From positions 408,270,001 through 408,334,000 of the forward strand of contig OZ024741.1 of the NCBI GenBank assembly GCA_964016885.1: a stretch of 64,000 nt of DNA, written 5' to 3'. Within the stretch, counting starts at the first letter, position 1; every line of letters starts with the position of its first letter. Below the pieces are notes generated by a model. The model did not search any database, had not been told where the DNA came from, and saw nothing but the letters and a program-made list of their open reading frames with translations. The translations under genes and the position numbers were made by a program. Positions 1-13,842 of the stretch are shown here, piece after piece. This DNA comes from Eledone cirrhosa. Taxonomy: Eukaryota.

Positions 1-119
1 GCTTAAACTTTAATCTGTTATTTTAATAAATATTTGCTCTAGGGTTCTTATATATTTTATTTATATTTATCCTTATCGAGCCCTCTTTGGACTTTAGTCT
101 TCACATTTATTGTTATTAT

Positions 120-183
<64 letters not shown>

Positions 184-197
184 GAGACATTTCTCTC

Positions 198-254
<57 letters not shown>

Positions 255-255
<1 letters not shown>

Positions 256-360
256 CAAGATGTTTGGTAGGTCGTATGTGAATCGCGATGATCACATCTG
301 ACCTACCAAATATGTGACGGTAGATAGTTAAGCTCTATGCGTATAAGCAGAGCAGAAATA

Positions 361-365
<5 letters not shown>
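255..365 (-). mobile_element. Orphan 3' tail of the 3146-6963 PLE family inside (TA)n
   Basis: Closely matches 3146-3256. Contains the hairpin TTTGGTAGGTC...GACCTACCAAA. Confidence 0.85.
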
Positions 366-408
<43 letters not shown>

Positions 409-631
409 GTGTGTGTGTATAGTATATAAATAAGACGTCAGATATACTCGTATATAAAAGTAACTGTTCTCTGAACTAGCTATAAATTATTCTAGATATC
501 TCATGGGAAATTTCCTGATCTGCTCTAGTCAACTTTGGGATTATCTTGCCAAGATTTTATATGAGAATTAAAGCACAGTTAGATACAATTGTTTCTTTTA
601 AACAATATTCTCTTTCTCCAACCGCAACCTG

Positions 632-925
632 ATGCAGTCTGCGACTAACCCAGGTTCTACTGCACGTCGGGCTGAGGAGGCCAAACTCTTCAAATACCGG
701 TCACTCCCCGACTGGTTTGTGGTTGTACCCTTGGCAGTGGAGACTTCTGGTGTCCTTGGCCCTAGGACTACCTCCCTACTCACCATCATAGGCGCTGAGC
801 TGGCCAGCCGCAGGTGTGAGCCCAGCGAGTTGGAATGGCTTTTTCAGCGCGTCTCCCTTGCCGTCCTCCGGGGAAACGCCTTCTCCATTCTGTCCGCCGG
901 GGCAGTGGGGAGGCCACCAATATGA
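632..925 (+). pseudogene. C-terminal restriction-like endonuclease fragment of a CRE/NeSL/R2-group non-LTR retrotransposon
   Basis: AEEAKLFKY...VVPLAVETSGVLG...LFQRVSLAVLRGNA. Confidence 0.8.
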
Positions 926-1144
926 TTGACTGACTTGACAGTTTATTAGTCAGATGTTGTCTCTCTAGCTACAGCAAAGCAGGTCAATATCTTTTCTTTC
1001 TCAAATAGAATAATAGCATTAGGTGACGTTCATGCCATTCTTAATGTCACTAGATGTCTACTGTAGGAGAATGAATTTGCGCAGACATTGAATATAAGAA
1101 CACAAATATTGAAAACAAGAACTTCAAACGTGTGGTAAGAAACT

Positions 1145-1680
1145 CTCATGAGAGGTGGACAGCAGAAGGTCTTCAGAGACGGACCCTCCGCCTCCTTAAG
1201 CAAGTATTTCTGTTAATTTTCATGTTGGGACTTCATCAGAAATGACTCAATCCCACCGATGTTGAGATTCTGTCAAAAAGTGTATAACCACAGATTCAGT
1301 GAAAACAATGTTTGGAGAAGATATAAAGCTTGTAAATGTGGTTGCGATAAAGTGTCAATGATTCCGAGCCTTATCAAAGTGTTGTCAGTACCACTACACG
1401 ATAATTTGACAACCCATAGAAAATGTGTAGTTTCCCAAAGGCCTCAGTTGCTTTAGAGATGCGTTTGACGATCTCATCATCTAGGGACACAGAACTACTC
1501 ACCTTACTACTCATAATTTAGATCCTTGTTATCAACAGTGGAACATGTAGATGCCCGATCCCCGGCCGTCCTTGACCAACATCAACTTGTTTGACCTTGG
1601 TTGGCCTTGGTTGACGTACAAGGACAGCCTTCTTGAAACTGATTGTTAAACCAAACACAGTGTGTTCACTTTTTACTCGA
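1145..1680 (-). mobile_element. Highly decayed RTE-clade LINE remnant
   Basis: Minus-strand peptides FGLTISFKKAVL, DDEIVKRISKA, AFGKL and GIESFLMKSQ. A small RGGQQKVFRD piece is in the opposite orientation. Confidence 0.55.
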
Positions 1681-1796
1681 AGATACGTTCGTGAACGCGG
1701 CGCGTAAAGCAAGTTCGCGTAATTCAAGTCTAATTAAAAGAAAATTAAAAATCACATGTTATAGCGAATAATAATATACGAATGAATATTTAATAA

Positions 1797-1975
1797 TCGT
1801 TTCTACTTTGGACACAAGGCCAGCAATTATCCCAGTGGATTACTGGTACTTTATTTTATCGACCCGTAAGAATGAAAGACAAAGTTAACCGCGGCGGGAT
1901 TTGAACTCATGCGGTAAAGGGCTGTAACTCTATGCTGCAAAGTATGGCGTCCGACCATCTACCGATACTGTCAAT
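1797..1975 (-). mobile_element. Same SINE family
   Basis: Reverse complement of the head, B box and core. Confidence 0.8.
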
Positions 1976-2559
1976 ACACTTCCTTTCAAGAGGCGTTAAA
2001 ATGGTTTCGCGTACTGCAAGTTCGCTTAAAAGGCGGAGAGACTGTATATATACGTGCCTGATTGTGAAGGAGAAAAATCTGTGCAGCAAAATGTCAGCAA
2101 TCAGAGTAATTATGTTTCCATTATTATATATAACTATATCTTATCGCTAACATACGTTACATCTCCTAGCTTCTTATATAATCTTCGTTGCCTCCATATT
2201 CCCAACTTAACACATTACTTTCTACCCAATAGTTCAGTTCATTATACTGACAATATGAACTTTATTATCATTGCAGATTCAAACCTAATTTGATTCGGAC
2301 CAAAATGGAAATCGCCATTTTATAGTTGTATGTAAAGATGGGACAGAAATATCACCACCTTCCAGTCCAGTTAACTACATCATAAGTTCAGCTCACTATA
2401 TAATCAAATATGCTGATTGCATACCAGAAATAACCATTTTCTATTCTATCTTAGCTGGATTATTATATGATGTTGAATATTTAACATACTGCATTCACTA
2501 TTGCATTGGAAGGATTGTGGAATTAATATGGTAGCTGTTTACGTCCAGATACAATGAAA

Positions 2560-2736
<177 letters not shown>

Positions 2737-3075
2737 GTATATATTATATATAATACAAACACACACACACACAGATATATCTAATATATATTTGTGAAAT
2801 GGGTGGTGGTTGAAATTCAGATGTGCACGGTTAAATGGTAGTAGACGTGGTCGGACGGACATGAAAATGTACACACCTATGTAAAAGGTGCCAAGGAAAC
2901 AAATAGACGAGGTTTCAAATCTCTAACTTGAAAAATGTGGCCCCTGGGGCCCCAAAACTATCGCGTTCGGTGAGTTATTTCCCCCTGTTCTAATATTTTT
3001 GTCTTATTTACAATTTCATACAAATAAAGCAGTAAATAAAAGATTATGAGTTCATGCAATTGACTTATGTTTCGT

Positions 3076-3145
<70 letters not shown>

Positions 3146-3148
<3 letters not shown>

Positions 3149-6100
3149 CAAGATGTATGATAGGTCGTATGTGAATCGCGATGATCACGCCTGACCTACC
3201 AAATATGCGACGGTAGCTAGTTAAGCTCTATGTGTATAAGCAGAGCAGAAATATTAATGAAAAAGAACAAAGGAACTATTATGACATTATAACAAGTTTA
3301 TTGCCGACAGCCGTTTCGTCCGACCATATGGTGAGACTGTTCAAGGCATATAACAGGTGATTGTAAGTTCATTATTTACATCAACTTTTCACTCAAGATT
3401 AGCAGTTTGAAATTGTGGTATACATCAACAGCTCCGCTTGTATATTTGAGGTCTATATTCTAAGGGGGCTCTTTTATATTAGTTGTCGGAGTTGTAAAAG
3501 GGATGGGTTATGGGGAGTTAAGAGAATTTGAAAAGGGCCTAAGAGTCAGAGATTGAAGGTTAAAAATTAGAAATTTATAATTTACGCATTAAAAGTAAAG
3601 GACTTGGGATCTCGTAGAAGCACCTTAAAAAATCCCTCAATAAGTGCATAAAGCTTATAAACCCCAATAAACTAACAAACCAGAAGAGATTAAGGGACTA
3701 AAAAAATAAAAAAATAAAAAAATAAAAAAATAAAAAAATAAAAAAATAAAAAAATAAAAAAATAAAAAAATAAAAAAATAAAAAAATAAAAAAATAAAAA
3801 TATAAAAATATAAAGTTTCCTAAAAAATTCCTTGGAAAGAAAAAAAAAATGTTTCCCCAGAGATCACGTTAAAAAATTTCAGAAAATTTACGAAGTTTTG
3901 ATAATCCCTACTAAGTTGAAAGAAACTAATCAATTAAAGGTTAATTCAAAAAGCCTTAAAAAAATCCCTCAGAAAAGGCCCCTTCAATATTTTTAATAAG
4001 AACCTCTTCGAGAGATCCTTCAAAGAATTAACATTTTAGAGAGCCTTTAAAGATATATATAAACGAATTGAGGAAAATTACAAATTAAAAGTTAAAAATT
4101 ACGGGATTTGGGAGATCCGAGGAATTTTCAAAGGGTTGCTTCAACAGATACAACTTAGGTATAATAGATAAAGTAATTTAAGTAATTTAAGTAATCTAAT
4201 TAGGGAGCAATTCAAAGAGCTTATCAAGTTGGGCAAGATTAAAGAAAATGATAAGTAAGAAAATACATAAGCAAAAAGACAATAATTATAAAATGTATTT
4301 TTAAGAAGGTATAAGGTAGCTTCAGTAATCTAATAATGTACTATAAAAAAATTATTATAAAATTATTAATATAGGATTAACAAAGACATAATAATATATT
4401 CCTGCCTAATTAACAAACAATCAATAAACAATTAACAGTCAAGCAAAATTAGCTCAGGGATATCCCACGCTCGGATACTTTACACACATACAGCAACACA
4501 TAGGATTAACAAAGACATAGTGGTATATTCCTGCCTAATTAACAAACAATCAATAAACAATTAACAGTCAAGCAAAATTTGCTCAGGGATATCCCACGCA
4601 CGGACACTTTACACACATACAGCAAGATGAACAATACAGGTGACCTTGTGGGTGCGATATCCATTGTGCGCATGTAGTCATCTGCATAGCTCCAGGCACA
4701 GTTGGTCTCGTTTAAAAGTTCAGAGCCCACTAATCAACTGGGATTCATTATCAGCTGTGTGGACTCTCTGGGAAATGTACCTGTGGATCAAATAGCTAGT
4801 GGTTGCTGGGTGTGGTCCGTTCGATCTTTTAGTTTCGGGGATTGCACGCGTTTGCGATAGATCAGCCTGCCGGTTCTAAATCCAAGGTCTCGCTGCATAG
4901 GATGTATTGGTGTACATGATATATTGGTAAAAAAATCCAGTATGGATTTGACTGGGGTGGTATATTGCGTCTCTCGCTAATATCTCCTCCTCTCACGAAC
5001 TCCAAGCACACACGCGACTGGTCAGATGCGAAGGGCTGTCCCCTCTTTGTTTGTTGTAGGGGTCGGTTCTAGCTTAGATGGTGGTCGTGTTATCCATATT
5101 CCGTCAGCCATGCATATTCAAGACAGATCACGGTATATATTTGCGGGTATGGTCCGGCGTCTACGCTATCCAAAGGGTCTCTCTTGTGGTATTTTCAAGT
5201 TCGCATGTCATCTCCCGGTTAAGACTGCGCATGTTTCGATGAATCTCGTGCATGGAATCTTGGGGTATCATATTGCACGGGGTGACTAGCAGAAAATATA
5301 TATTCCATGCTATCGCGCACGCGCTGGCCTGTGGCTACGACCGTGTCCAGTCTCGGGTAGTAGCAGACAGCAGGTAGACCAGCTAGACACACCCCTGCTC
5401 AAGAGGCACAACCCTTAACTTATCGAGTGGTCAGACATCAAGGGAGTCAACTCTCCAAGCCCATTATGTCAACCGTGGTAATATACAAAAAAATCCCTAT
5501 TAATAAAGAACTAACTCAAAAAACCCCACTAATAATAAAAAACTAACTCAAAAGAAATGAATGGGGGAGAATGGGGAGGGGCATCTATTTGGGCGGGGGT
5601 TTACTAGGGGGGGGGTGATTGGTTATAGGCAGGGAGCGGCCGCCATATTGGGTGTTCTGCTACTGTTTCCTTGGGCAAGTTCCCGAATTTGTTGGCATAC
5701 ATCTCCGACGGCACCTCCCTAGATTAGTCAACGTGGGTCCATGCACTCGCAATGTCCCACACCGCAGGCATCAGCTGCCCCCCGGGGCGCCCAGCAACAA
5801 TGCTGCCACCAATCCCAAGTTGGCAAGTGGAACACAGGGTCGACTGTTCCTCACCAGAGTCCCCATCGGCAATCGGGGAGCCGAGGCATCAATGCGGCCG
5901 GGGTTGCTCAAGAGCACCCTATTCGCCAGCGGGGCAGCCATGTGCGGGACAGGGTGGGGTCTGGGCTAGGTGTCTGGTCTGAAGAAAAAGAAAGAGCTAA
6001 GTATAGTATGGGGGCAGGACGAGAAGATTTCTGACCTCCTGTTGAGCAAGTTGAGTCCTGAGAATACTATGGCATGAGATTCAGTTAGGCACAGGCTACA

Positions 6101-6963
6101 AAACCTGCTCAACGAGCTATATGGAGGAGCTTTAGTAAGGCATCTCCAGCTTAGTCTGTAGGGGGTTTTTGTTTGTTTTAAGTTATGTATGTGCCCGCTA
6201 AAGACGTGGCATTTTTAAGCTTCTCATTTCGGAAGCTATTCTGGTGGGCGTTCAATCTCGTCTTGAACTGGTTAGCGGTTGACCCCACATACGTCTTAGT
6301 ATACGTGTCTGTGGTTACGTTACAAGCATATACTACGTTCCTAATAAGGCAGTGTCCAGCTAGTGGGCATTTGTCCTTCCGTCTGCAATTACACTTTCTA
6401 ATAGGGTCATGCTCCTCAATCAAGGGTGCATGTCCCTCCAAGAGGCTGCGGGGCTGCCTAGTAGGACCGGTTCTATTGCCTGTTATCCCCTTGGGTCTTT
6501 CACTCAGTGGGTTGGTCCCGTGTTGTCGTGTGTACTGGCATGGTTCACTATTTTGGATGGCCTTAAGTCCCTCTTTAATCTTTTACTTTTAATCTTTTAC
6601 TTTTAATGCGTAAATTATACTTTTAATGCGTAAATTATAAATTCTCTAATTTTTAACCTTCAATCTCTGACTCTTAGGCCCTTTTCAAATTCTCTTAACT
6701 CCCCATAACCCATCCCTTTTACAACTCTGACAACTAATATAAAAGAGCCCCCTTAGAATATAGACCCCAAATATACAAGCGGAGCTGTTGATGTATACCA
6801 CAATTTCAAACTGCTAATCATGAGTGAAACGTTGATGTAAATAATGAACTTACAATCACCTGTTATATGCCTTGAAAAGTCCCACCATATGGTCGGACGA
6901 AACGGCTGTCGGCAATAAACTTGTTGTAATGTCATAATAGTTCCTTTGTTCTTTTTCATTAAT
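3146..6963 (-). mobile_element. 5'-truncated Hydra-like PLE (endonuclease end only) with an inverted pLTR arm
   Basis: ORF 6178-6441 (CNCRRKDKCPL, NVVY...YVGST...RLNAH) continues after a frameshift as ...WRCLTKAPPY...CSLCLTE...NRRSEIFSSCPH to ~6008. Inverted arms ~3253-3598 and ~6620-6963. TA flanks. Confidence 0.9.
6863..6918 (+). ncRNA. Minimal hammerhead ribozyme, U3-A8 core variant (mirror copy ~3298-3352 on minus strand)
   Basis: TGCC-TTGAAAA-GTCC caccatatggtc GGAC-GAAAC ggct GTC-GGCA. The C3-G8 pair is replaced by U3-A8. Confidence 0.7.
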
Positions 6964-8344
6964 ATATATATATATATAATATGAAAACGCTTTAATAAAA
7001 AAAAATATCAACTGTAATGTATGTATGCATGTATTTATGTGTTTATATGAGCGGGGATATGCAAGTAAATCTTACTTTGTGGACAGCTTATCCTTAGCAT
7101 AATATTCATGCTAGAACAGCATATATTTGAAAGTTTGCAGGGAGATGAATTACTGATTCTGGATTTGCAGCTTTAGCATTGAAAAAATGAAATGTGCAGT
7201 GTAAACATTTTTTATTATTCCTCCGGGGATGAATCTTCTCTGGATTTTTCAATCTCTTTCTTTCTCTCTGGAAGAAATCAGCCGTAGTAAGACCTAAAAA
7301 AATGGTTAGATACACCATGACGCACCGTGCATCACGGTGGAGTTGAAAAGCAGACTCAGAACATGGCGTTGTGTGGGGTGGCTCGCAGCCCAATGTTCCA
7401 GGGGGAGCAAAAGAAGAAGAAGAAGAAGAAGAAGAAGAAGAAGAAGAAGAAGAAGAAGAAGAAGAAGAAGAAGAAGAAGAAGAAGAAGAAGAAGAATTGA
7501 GCTGGAGTCCTATAAAATATGTAGGTTGTGTCTTAAATTGAAGGTTTAGTAGAAACAATTCATGTATAGTTTTGTACTTTTCTTTTTGTCATTCATATAT
7601 AAACAAATCTACTATATAAATTGGAAGTGGTCGGACGTTGTATATGCAGGTGTAGTCGGATAAACGTCGAAACGGCTTGGTGGAATCTAGCGAAAATTTA
7701 CAGTTATGCAGAATGACCCGAGGAGGCGTTGGGTCGACTTTTAAGCTACACCTTCCATTGTTACGGAGAAAATCGATGACACAGGAATTTCCCATTCAAA
7801 TTGAACTGAGAGTAATCTGTGAACGCAGAAGTAATTATTTCGAGAAACGTTGCAACCGAACGAAAACAGGAAGACGATATTTTGGTTCGTGAAGACGTTC
7901 CCTGGCAATGAACGGGAAAAAAGCGAGGATAATACGTCGTTATGTGGAATGTGAAGAACAATTTCATGCAAAGACAAGACCAAGTTTATGGTATATATGG
8001 AGTCGTTAGACTAATATTCTATTTAAAATAACAGAATGATTTCCAGCCCCGGAGTTTAAGAATGATGTAAATAAAATTGAAAACGAAAATGACAGAGGTT
8101 ATTAAAATAGTAAAAGTAAATAGTGAAGATTTAGACCAGTACATACGTATGCCCCGACGGACATACACATACATACGCACACACAAATACATACCCCACC
8201 CTCCACACATACACAAACACACACACGCGCGCGTGCACACACTCGCGCAGGCGCGCGTATGTATAAACCATATGCATTTCTACAGTATTTTTACCAAACT
8301 TAAGACATAGGTTACTTATGTACTCCGGATGGTCATGGGCACTG

Positions 8345-8702
8345 TCATTTTTCCAGATATTGATTATAGGGCACCCCGGCAGATAACCCCTTTAACCACG
8401 TTAACCACTTCCTTGGAGTCGACTGAAGCACTGCAATGCAATACAACAAAACGTCATAACTTCTGGAGTTCGCAACCGATTTTCAAAAAACTTGACACAT
8501 GGGCTACGTTTGTCCTACAGATGAATGTGAACTCTCAGAATTGGCACATATTGGGTAGGGGACTCCTGGGGCAGGAACCCCCTTTTGGAAAAAGCCGATG
8601 ATTTTGTAAAAGTATAGTTTTCGAAGCAGCACTGAAGTATTGACATACATGGTTTACACAATTGCTATTTAATATCCGAGCAACGCCAGGTACCTCTGCT
8701 AG
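8345..8702 (+). mobile_element. Non-autonomous Helitron fragment
   Basis: 3' end CCGAGCAACGCCAGGTACCTCTGCTAG|T is nearly identical to the end at 16468. The body is similar to the reverse complement of parts of 19700-20030. 5' boundary uncertain. Confidence 0.7.
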
Positions 8703-8718
8703 TATATATATATAATAC

Positions 8719-8754
<36 letters not shown>

Positions 8755-8784
8755 CAGATATATATATATATATATATATAATAC

Positions 8785-8818
<34 letters not shown>

Positions 8819-8893
8819 CAGATATATATTTTATATATATATATATATATAATACACATACACAGACATGATATTTTTCTCTATACATATATA

Positions 8894-8970
<77 letters not shown>

Positions 8971-8999
8971 TCAAAGTACAACAGTAATTACATACACCA

Positions 9000-9135
9000 T
9001 AGTTACGTCCCTTTACATTCTGAGTTCAAATCCCGCTGAAGTTAACTTTGTCTTTCATCCTTACAGGGTCGATAAAATAAAGTACCAGTAATGAACTGGG
9101 GTAATTGCTGGCCTAGTGCCAAAAGTAGAAACAAT
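9000..9135 (+). mobile_element. Same SINE family (5'-truncated)
   Basis: GAGTTCAAATCCCG...GGTCGATAAAATAAAGTACCAGT. Confidence 0.8.
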
Positions 9136-10234
9136 TAATTAAACGACGAGTTTATTATTTCTGCGTGTGTATATGTGTGTTTGTGTGCGTGTGCGTGTGT
9201 GTGGGGGGGGGGGGTCATAATGTATCTATTGATGTATACATATGTATGTAAAGGTTTAAATACATGAGATGATGATGGTACGAACCTACACCAACATATT
9301 TCCTCTTGTGTACGTGTTTATGTTTATGTATGTGTGCGTGTGTGTGTCTGTGTGTGTGTGAAAGAGAGAGAGTGTGTGGGTGTGTTTGTTTGTTTGTGTG
9401 TGGGTGCGTGTATTTCATAATGTACCTATTGATGTATACATATGTATGTAAAGGTTTAAATACATATGACATGATAATGATAGGAAGCTACACCAATACC
9501 GTCTTTTGGTTTTTTTAACAGTATTGTATGGTATATGTACCCTTGCCTTCTGAGGGAGTCATATGGCTATCATATTGACAGCGTTTCTAGGTGATTGTTA
9601 AGCCTGGCCGAGGCCATCTCCTTTCTATGTCTGAATATAGTAAATTTCTTCCAGAGAAGGATAGAGAGTGAGTGAGAGAATAGAAGTGAGGAAAAGATAT
9701 AGAAGAAGAGTCGTCCCAGTACTTGACTGGTACTTCTTTATCGCTCTCCAATGAATGGCGGGATTTGAACTGAGCGAGCAGAGAGCGGAATAAATCCCAC
9801 AAAGCATTCTATCTGATGTTCTGTTGATTTTGTTTAATTGTATACTACTACGTTTATTTTCTACAAAACAGTCACTCGCTACTTAATTAAGCAAAGTTGG
9901 GGCATGAATCAGTAATAATCAGAGATCTGATGGAAACAGCCCAGCACAGCACCTTCAATAAGATTCAGACACTTACTGAATTGAGAATAAAACAGGTTTT
10001 TTTCTCAATTCTTGTATGTTCCATATCATCTATTGTATGAACATGCCGTGTAGGGAATCACTTATGATTAAAAGATAACATTTCTTTTGTGATGGTGGAA
10101 AGATTAGAAGATGCAAGCAATTCTTTGAATTTGAGGATTATTTATTTTAATACTTGAATAAAATCCTTGTATCTGCCGAGGCCAGAAGACCACGAGGACT
10201 CGCACAAAAACTCTCAATTATTATTATAGCTCAA

Positions 10235-10668
10235 AGTTGATTGTCAGTAATCGGTAGAGTGTCAGATAACTTGTTTGTAGCATATAGTTATGACCCTTTA
10301 CGTTCTGAGTTCAAACTCGCAGAGGTTACATTTGTTTTTCAACCTTACGTGTTCGATAAAATAAAGTACCAGTAACGCACTGGAGTTATTTTAATCAAAT
10401 TTCCCCTCCCCAAAAGTGTAGGCATTATGCCTAAATCAGAAACCTCAGGGTGGTGGATTGACAGAATTAGTAGAGTGTCGGACCCCATGCTTTGCAGCAT
10501 ATAATTATGGTCGTTTACGGCCTGAGTTCAAATCCCGCCGAGGTTTGCTTAGTCTTTCATCCTTACGGGATTGATAGAATAAAGTACCAGTAATGTACTG
10601 GGTTTGATTTAATCGACTTCCCCTTCCCCCAAAACTGTTGGCCTTGGGCCTAAATCAGAAACCATATT
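10235..10668 (+). mobile_element. Two tandem SINE copies
   Basis: Two successive head + core + tail units. Confidence 0.8.
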
Positions 10669-11035
10669 TATCCATGAAGGGTCTCAGCAGGAATTAGTTT
10701 ATTTACTTGGTAATAATATCAAGAGAAACATGAGCTTTTCAAACCCTATTGTTGCTCTGCTTACAAAAGAATTTCATCGCAATGTGTGTAAATAATTTCA
10801 GCGATAATAATGCGAGATATAATTTAGTTGAGATTGCTTTCAACTTGAATAAGTTTTCGGCACAAACCTCTTATATTTTATTTCGCTTCGACGACTTTCT
10901 TACTTTTACATTTGTGGTCGTTTCATGATATCACGTGAGAGAAAATCGAATGATTTCTGATAATACGAAAAAAAAGAACTGATAGATACACACACACACA
11001 CACACAACACACACACACAGAGCACACACACACAC

Positions 11036-11140
<105 letters not shown>

Positions 11141-13166
11141 TCATTTTATTAAGGCTTTTATTATAGTGAGTCATGTTACTCTGGAGTTTCGCCTGTTTAT
11201 CACATGTCTGGTGACCTTTGATAACCAGGTAAATCTCCACAGTAACAACACTCATTATCTAGCCTTAATAAAATAAATATTAAAACTCTCCTTTGGAATT
11301 GGGTACTCTTTTTACTCAGCCGTCATCCACATTCGGATATATATATATATATATACATGTTAACTATAATAAAGTAAGGAGTGCGGCACTGCGTCCAGAA
11401 TATATTTTTTTGTATCCCGTTTGTAAAATAAGTTGGATTACTTTGAATAAATAATGAATGAATATTACATAATTTATCTACTAAATTTCGTAGCTCTTGA
11501 TTAAATATATTTTTTTGTCTATTTAAAGATTCATTCTTTAAAATTTTCAAATGTCAACACTTCCGGTTAGCGTCCGTTATATTATAACATTTATTACATC
11601 GCTTATATAAACATTCATATATTTCCGTCGCTAATTTTCTCCTAATGCAGTTTATATATAATATCGTCTTTTTTTAATGTATCATGGATTACGTTACTGA
11701 TTATATAAGACAGTGTAACGCAGTCTTCGTTCTATTTCTGTGTATATTGTCAATTACGATGTTATTTGATGTATCACATCTACACGTATATATACTTGCG
11801 TATAATATCTATACACACACTACACATGCGAGTAGAAAAACCACCCGAACGGTGGTTTTTCTGCTAGAATATATAATGCATAGACACACATAGAAACGAT
11901 ATGCAAATTGAATATGAATAAATTCCGAGAATCTCCCTTCTAACTCCGACAAGGAATTTACAATATTTTAACGTCTTTACATTGTATGTCTTTATAATAC
12001 ACTTGTAGTGGTGGGATATCTGGTTCCAGGCGTTCCACTGTGTACTACCCATGATTATCGTATGTTTCATTTAGAGTGTATCTAGAACTACTTTAAAGAG
12101 GCTTTCATTCCGTTTATAAGACATTAAGTTATATGGGATCAAGGAATATGAGGAGACCAATTGCAAAAATAACTGTAAAACAGCCGGTTGTTATAAATAA
12201 TTATAGTATGAAAATTTGGGTAAAATACTCTGGAGATGGAGAAGTGTTGTCAATGGCCGACAACGAACTCACAGCCTTCTAGAAATAGCAGTATATAATT
12301 TGAGAATGATATGGTTGCTATTTCTAACAAGTTGAATGATAATTTACAGGTGACTTATTGTTTTGTGTACATGGTCTACATGACAGCCAGATCATCAACA
12401 GAACTATTTCATAAACACTATATTTAAACACCGTACATTAGTATTAATCTCTCAGCATATTGAACTCATTGTTGTTAATAAAGATTCTGAATCTAAACAC
12501 GAAATGTTGCCTCTACCTTTTGTTATCGATATTTTCATGTGAATTATTCTGGTGAGCTGTCCTCTTTGTTGTTTCGTCTTCACAAGTTTAAACAGAGCAG
12601 TTTATTGGTGGCTAGGTCTCATCTATTTAAAATGAAATTCCTAAAGGGAACAGAAATTCTATTATGACAGTTTCTTTCTTCATACATCTGTCCTATGGAA
12701 TGCTCAAAAGTTCAAAAGCAAGAGCAATCGTCATCTTCTCTCTTCTTCAATTATGTTCTATGTGTCTTGTATTTCTCACTTCTCACTAACCCGACATTTT
12801 AGGGGATTTATATCCTTGATTAGGATGAGAAAGATAAATATTGACTTGGCCAAGTCTCTTTAAGAAACGACCATCACAGATTTTCTCCCTTTTTGTAACC
12901 AAAGGTTTTATACCTCTGTAACAAACACACTGGGGGTGTTTTAGAACACACCACACAACACCTTTGGTAAATATACTTAACGTTCAGTTACTCGGACAAT
13001 CTAGCTATAAATAAAAGCTGTTATGGTTCTTTTTGTTGTTTCTGTATTGTTTTTTTGTTGTTGTTGTTATTAATGTTTGTTTTCTCTTCTTTATCTAGGC
13101 ACATGTCTAACTATTTGGGGAGAGGAAAAAGTAAATCAAATCGACTCCAGAGCGTTATTATGTGAA

Positions 13167-13441
13167 GGCACATGGTTTAGTGGTTAGAGCATTGGGCTTG
13201 CAATCGAAAAGGTTGTGAGTTCAATACTCGGACCGGATGATGTGCTGTTTCCGTGAGCAAGACACTTTATTTCACGTTGCTCCAGTTTACTCAGCTGTAG
13301 AAATGAGATGATAGGGACTGGGGTCCCTATCATTAAATTACCCAAGACACCTCCAACGAGATATACTTTGGAGGAGGCCAGCTAAACCTGCATAGGTGTG
13401 AGCTGTCACATACACACGCACACACACATAGGTGAGGGCTG

Positions 13442-13521
<80 letters not shown>
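13167..13521 (+). mobile_element. Second tRNA-derived SINE family with (CA)n tail, nested in a minus-strand SINE (13095-13670)
   Basis: A box TGGTTTAGTGG, B box GAGTTCAATAC, core GAGCAAGACACTTTATTTCACGTTGCTCCAG. TSD AGCGTTATTA. Confidence 0.72.
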
Positions 13522-13523
<2 letters not shown>

Positions 13524-13842
13524 CGTTATTAGTACTTTATTTTATCAACCCCGCAAGGATGAAAGTCAAAGCTAACCTTAGATTGATCTTAACTCAGGAC
13601 GTAAAAGTACTTAACTACATGATGTAAAGAATATTATCCGACGTTCTACTGATTCTGCCAATACACCGCCCTTGTTTAGCTCCAACTGAACTCTGAAGGA
13701 GTAGAACTGATCAAATTCATTTCATCTAGGATCACCTTTTCATATTTCAAGTTATTGTGTATCTAGTGCTACAATATGTAACATGTCCTTTCATTTCAAA
13801 GATAATTGAAGATAATTCGAGCGATATTCAGCCTGGCTATAA

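Noticed and set aside
7337-7558. Poly-Arg / poly-Ser ORFs
   Set aside because: They come from a (GAA)n tract, probably a retroelement tail; not a protamine-like gene.
11829-11868. Terminator-like hairpin AGAAAAACCACC/GGTGGTTTTTCT ending CTAG (similar hairpin at 34822-34845)
   Set aside because: Not a bacterial terminator. It may be a Helitron-type 3' end, but no matching 5' end could be identified.
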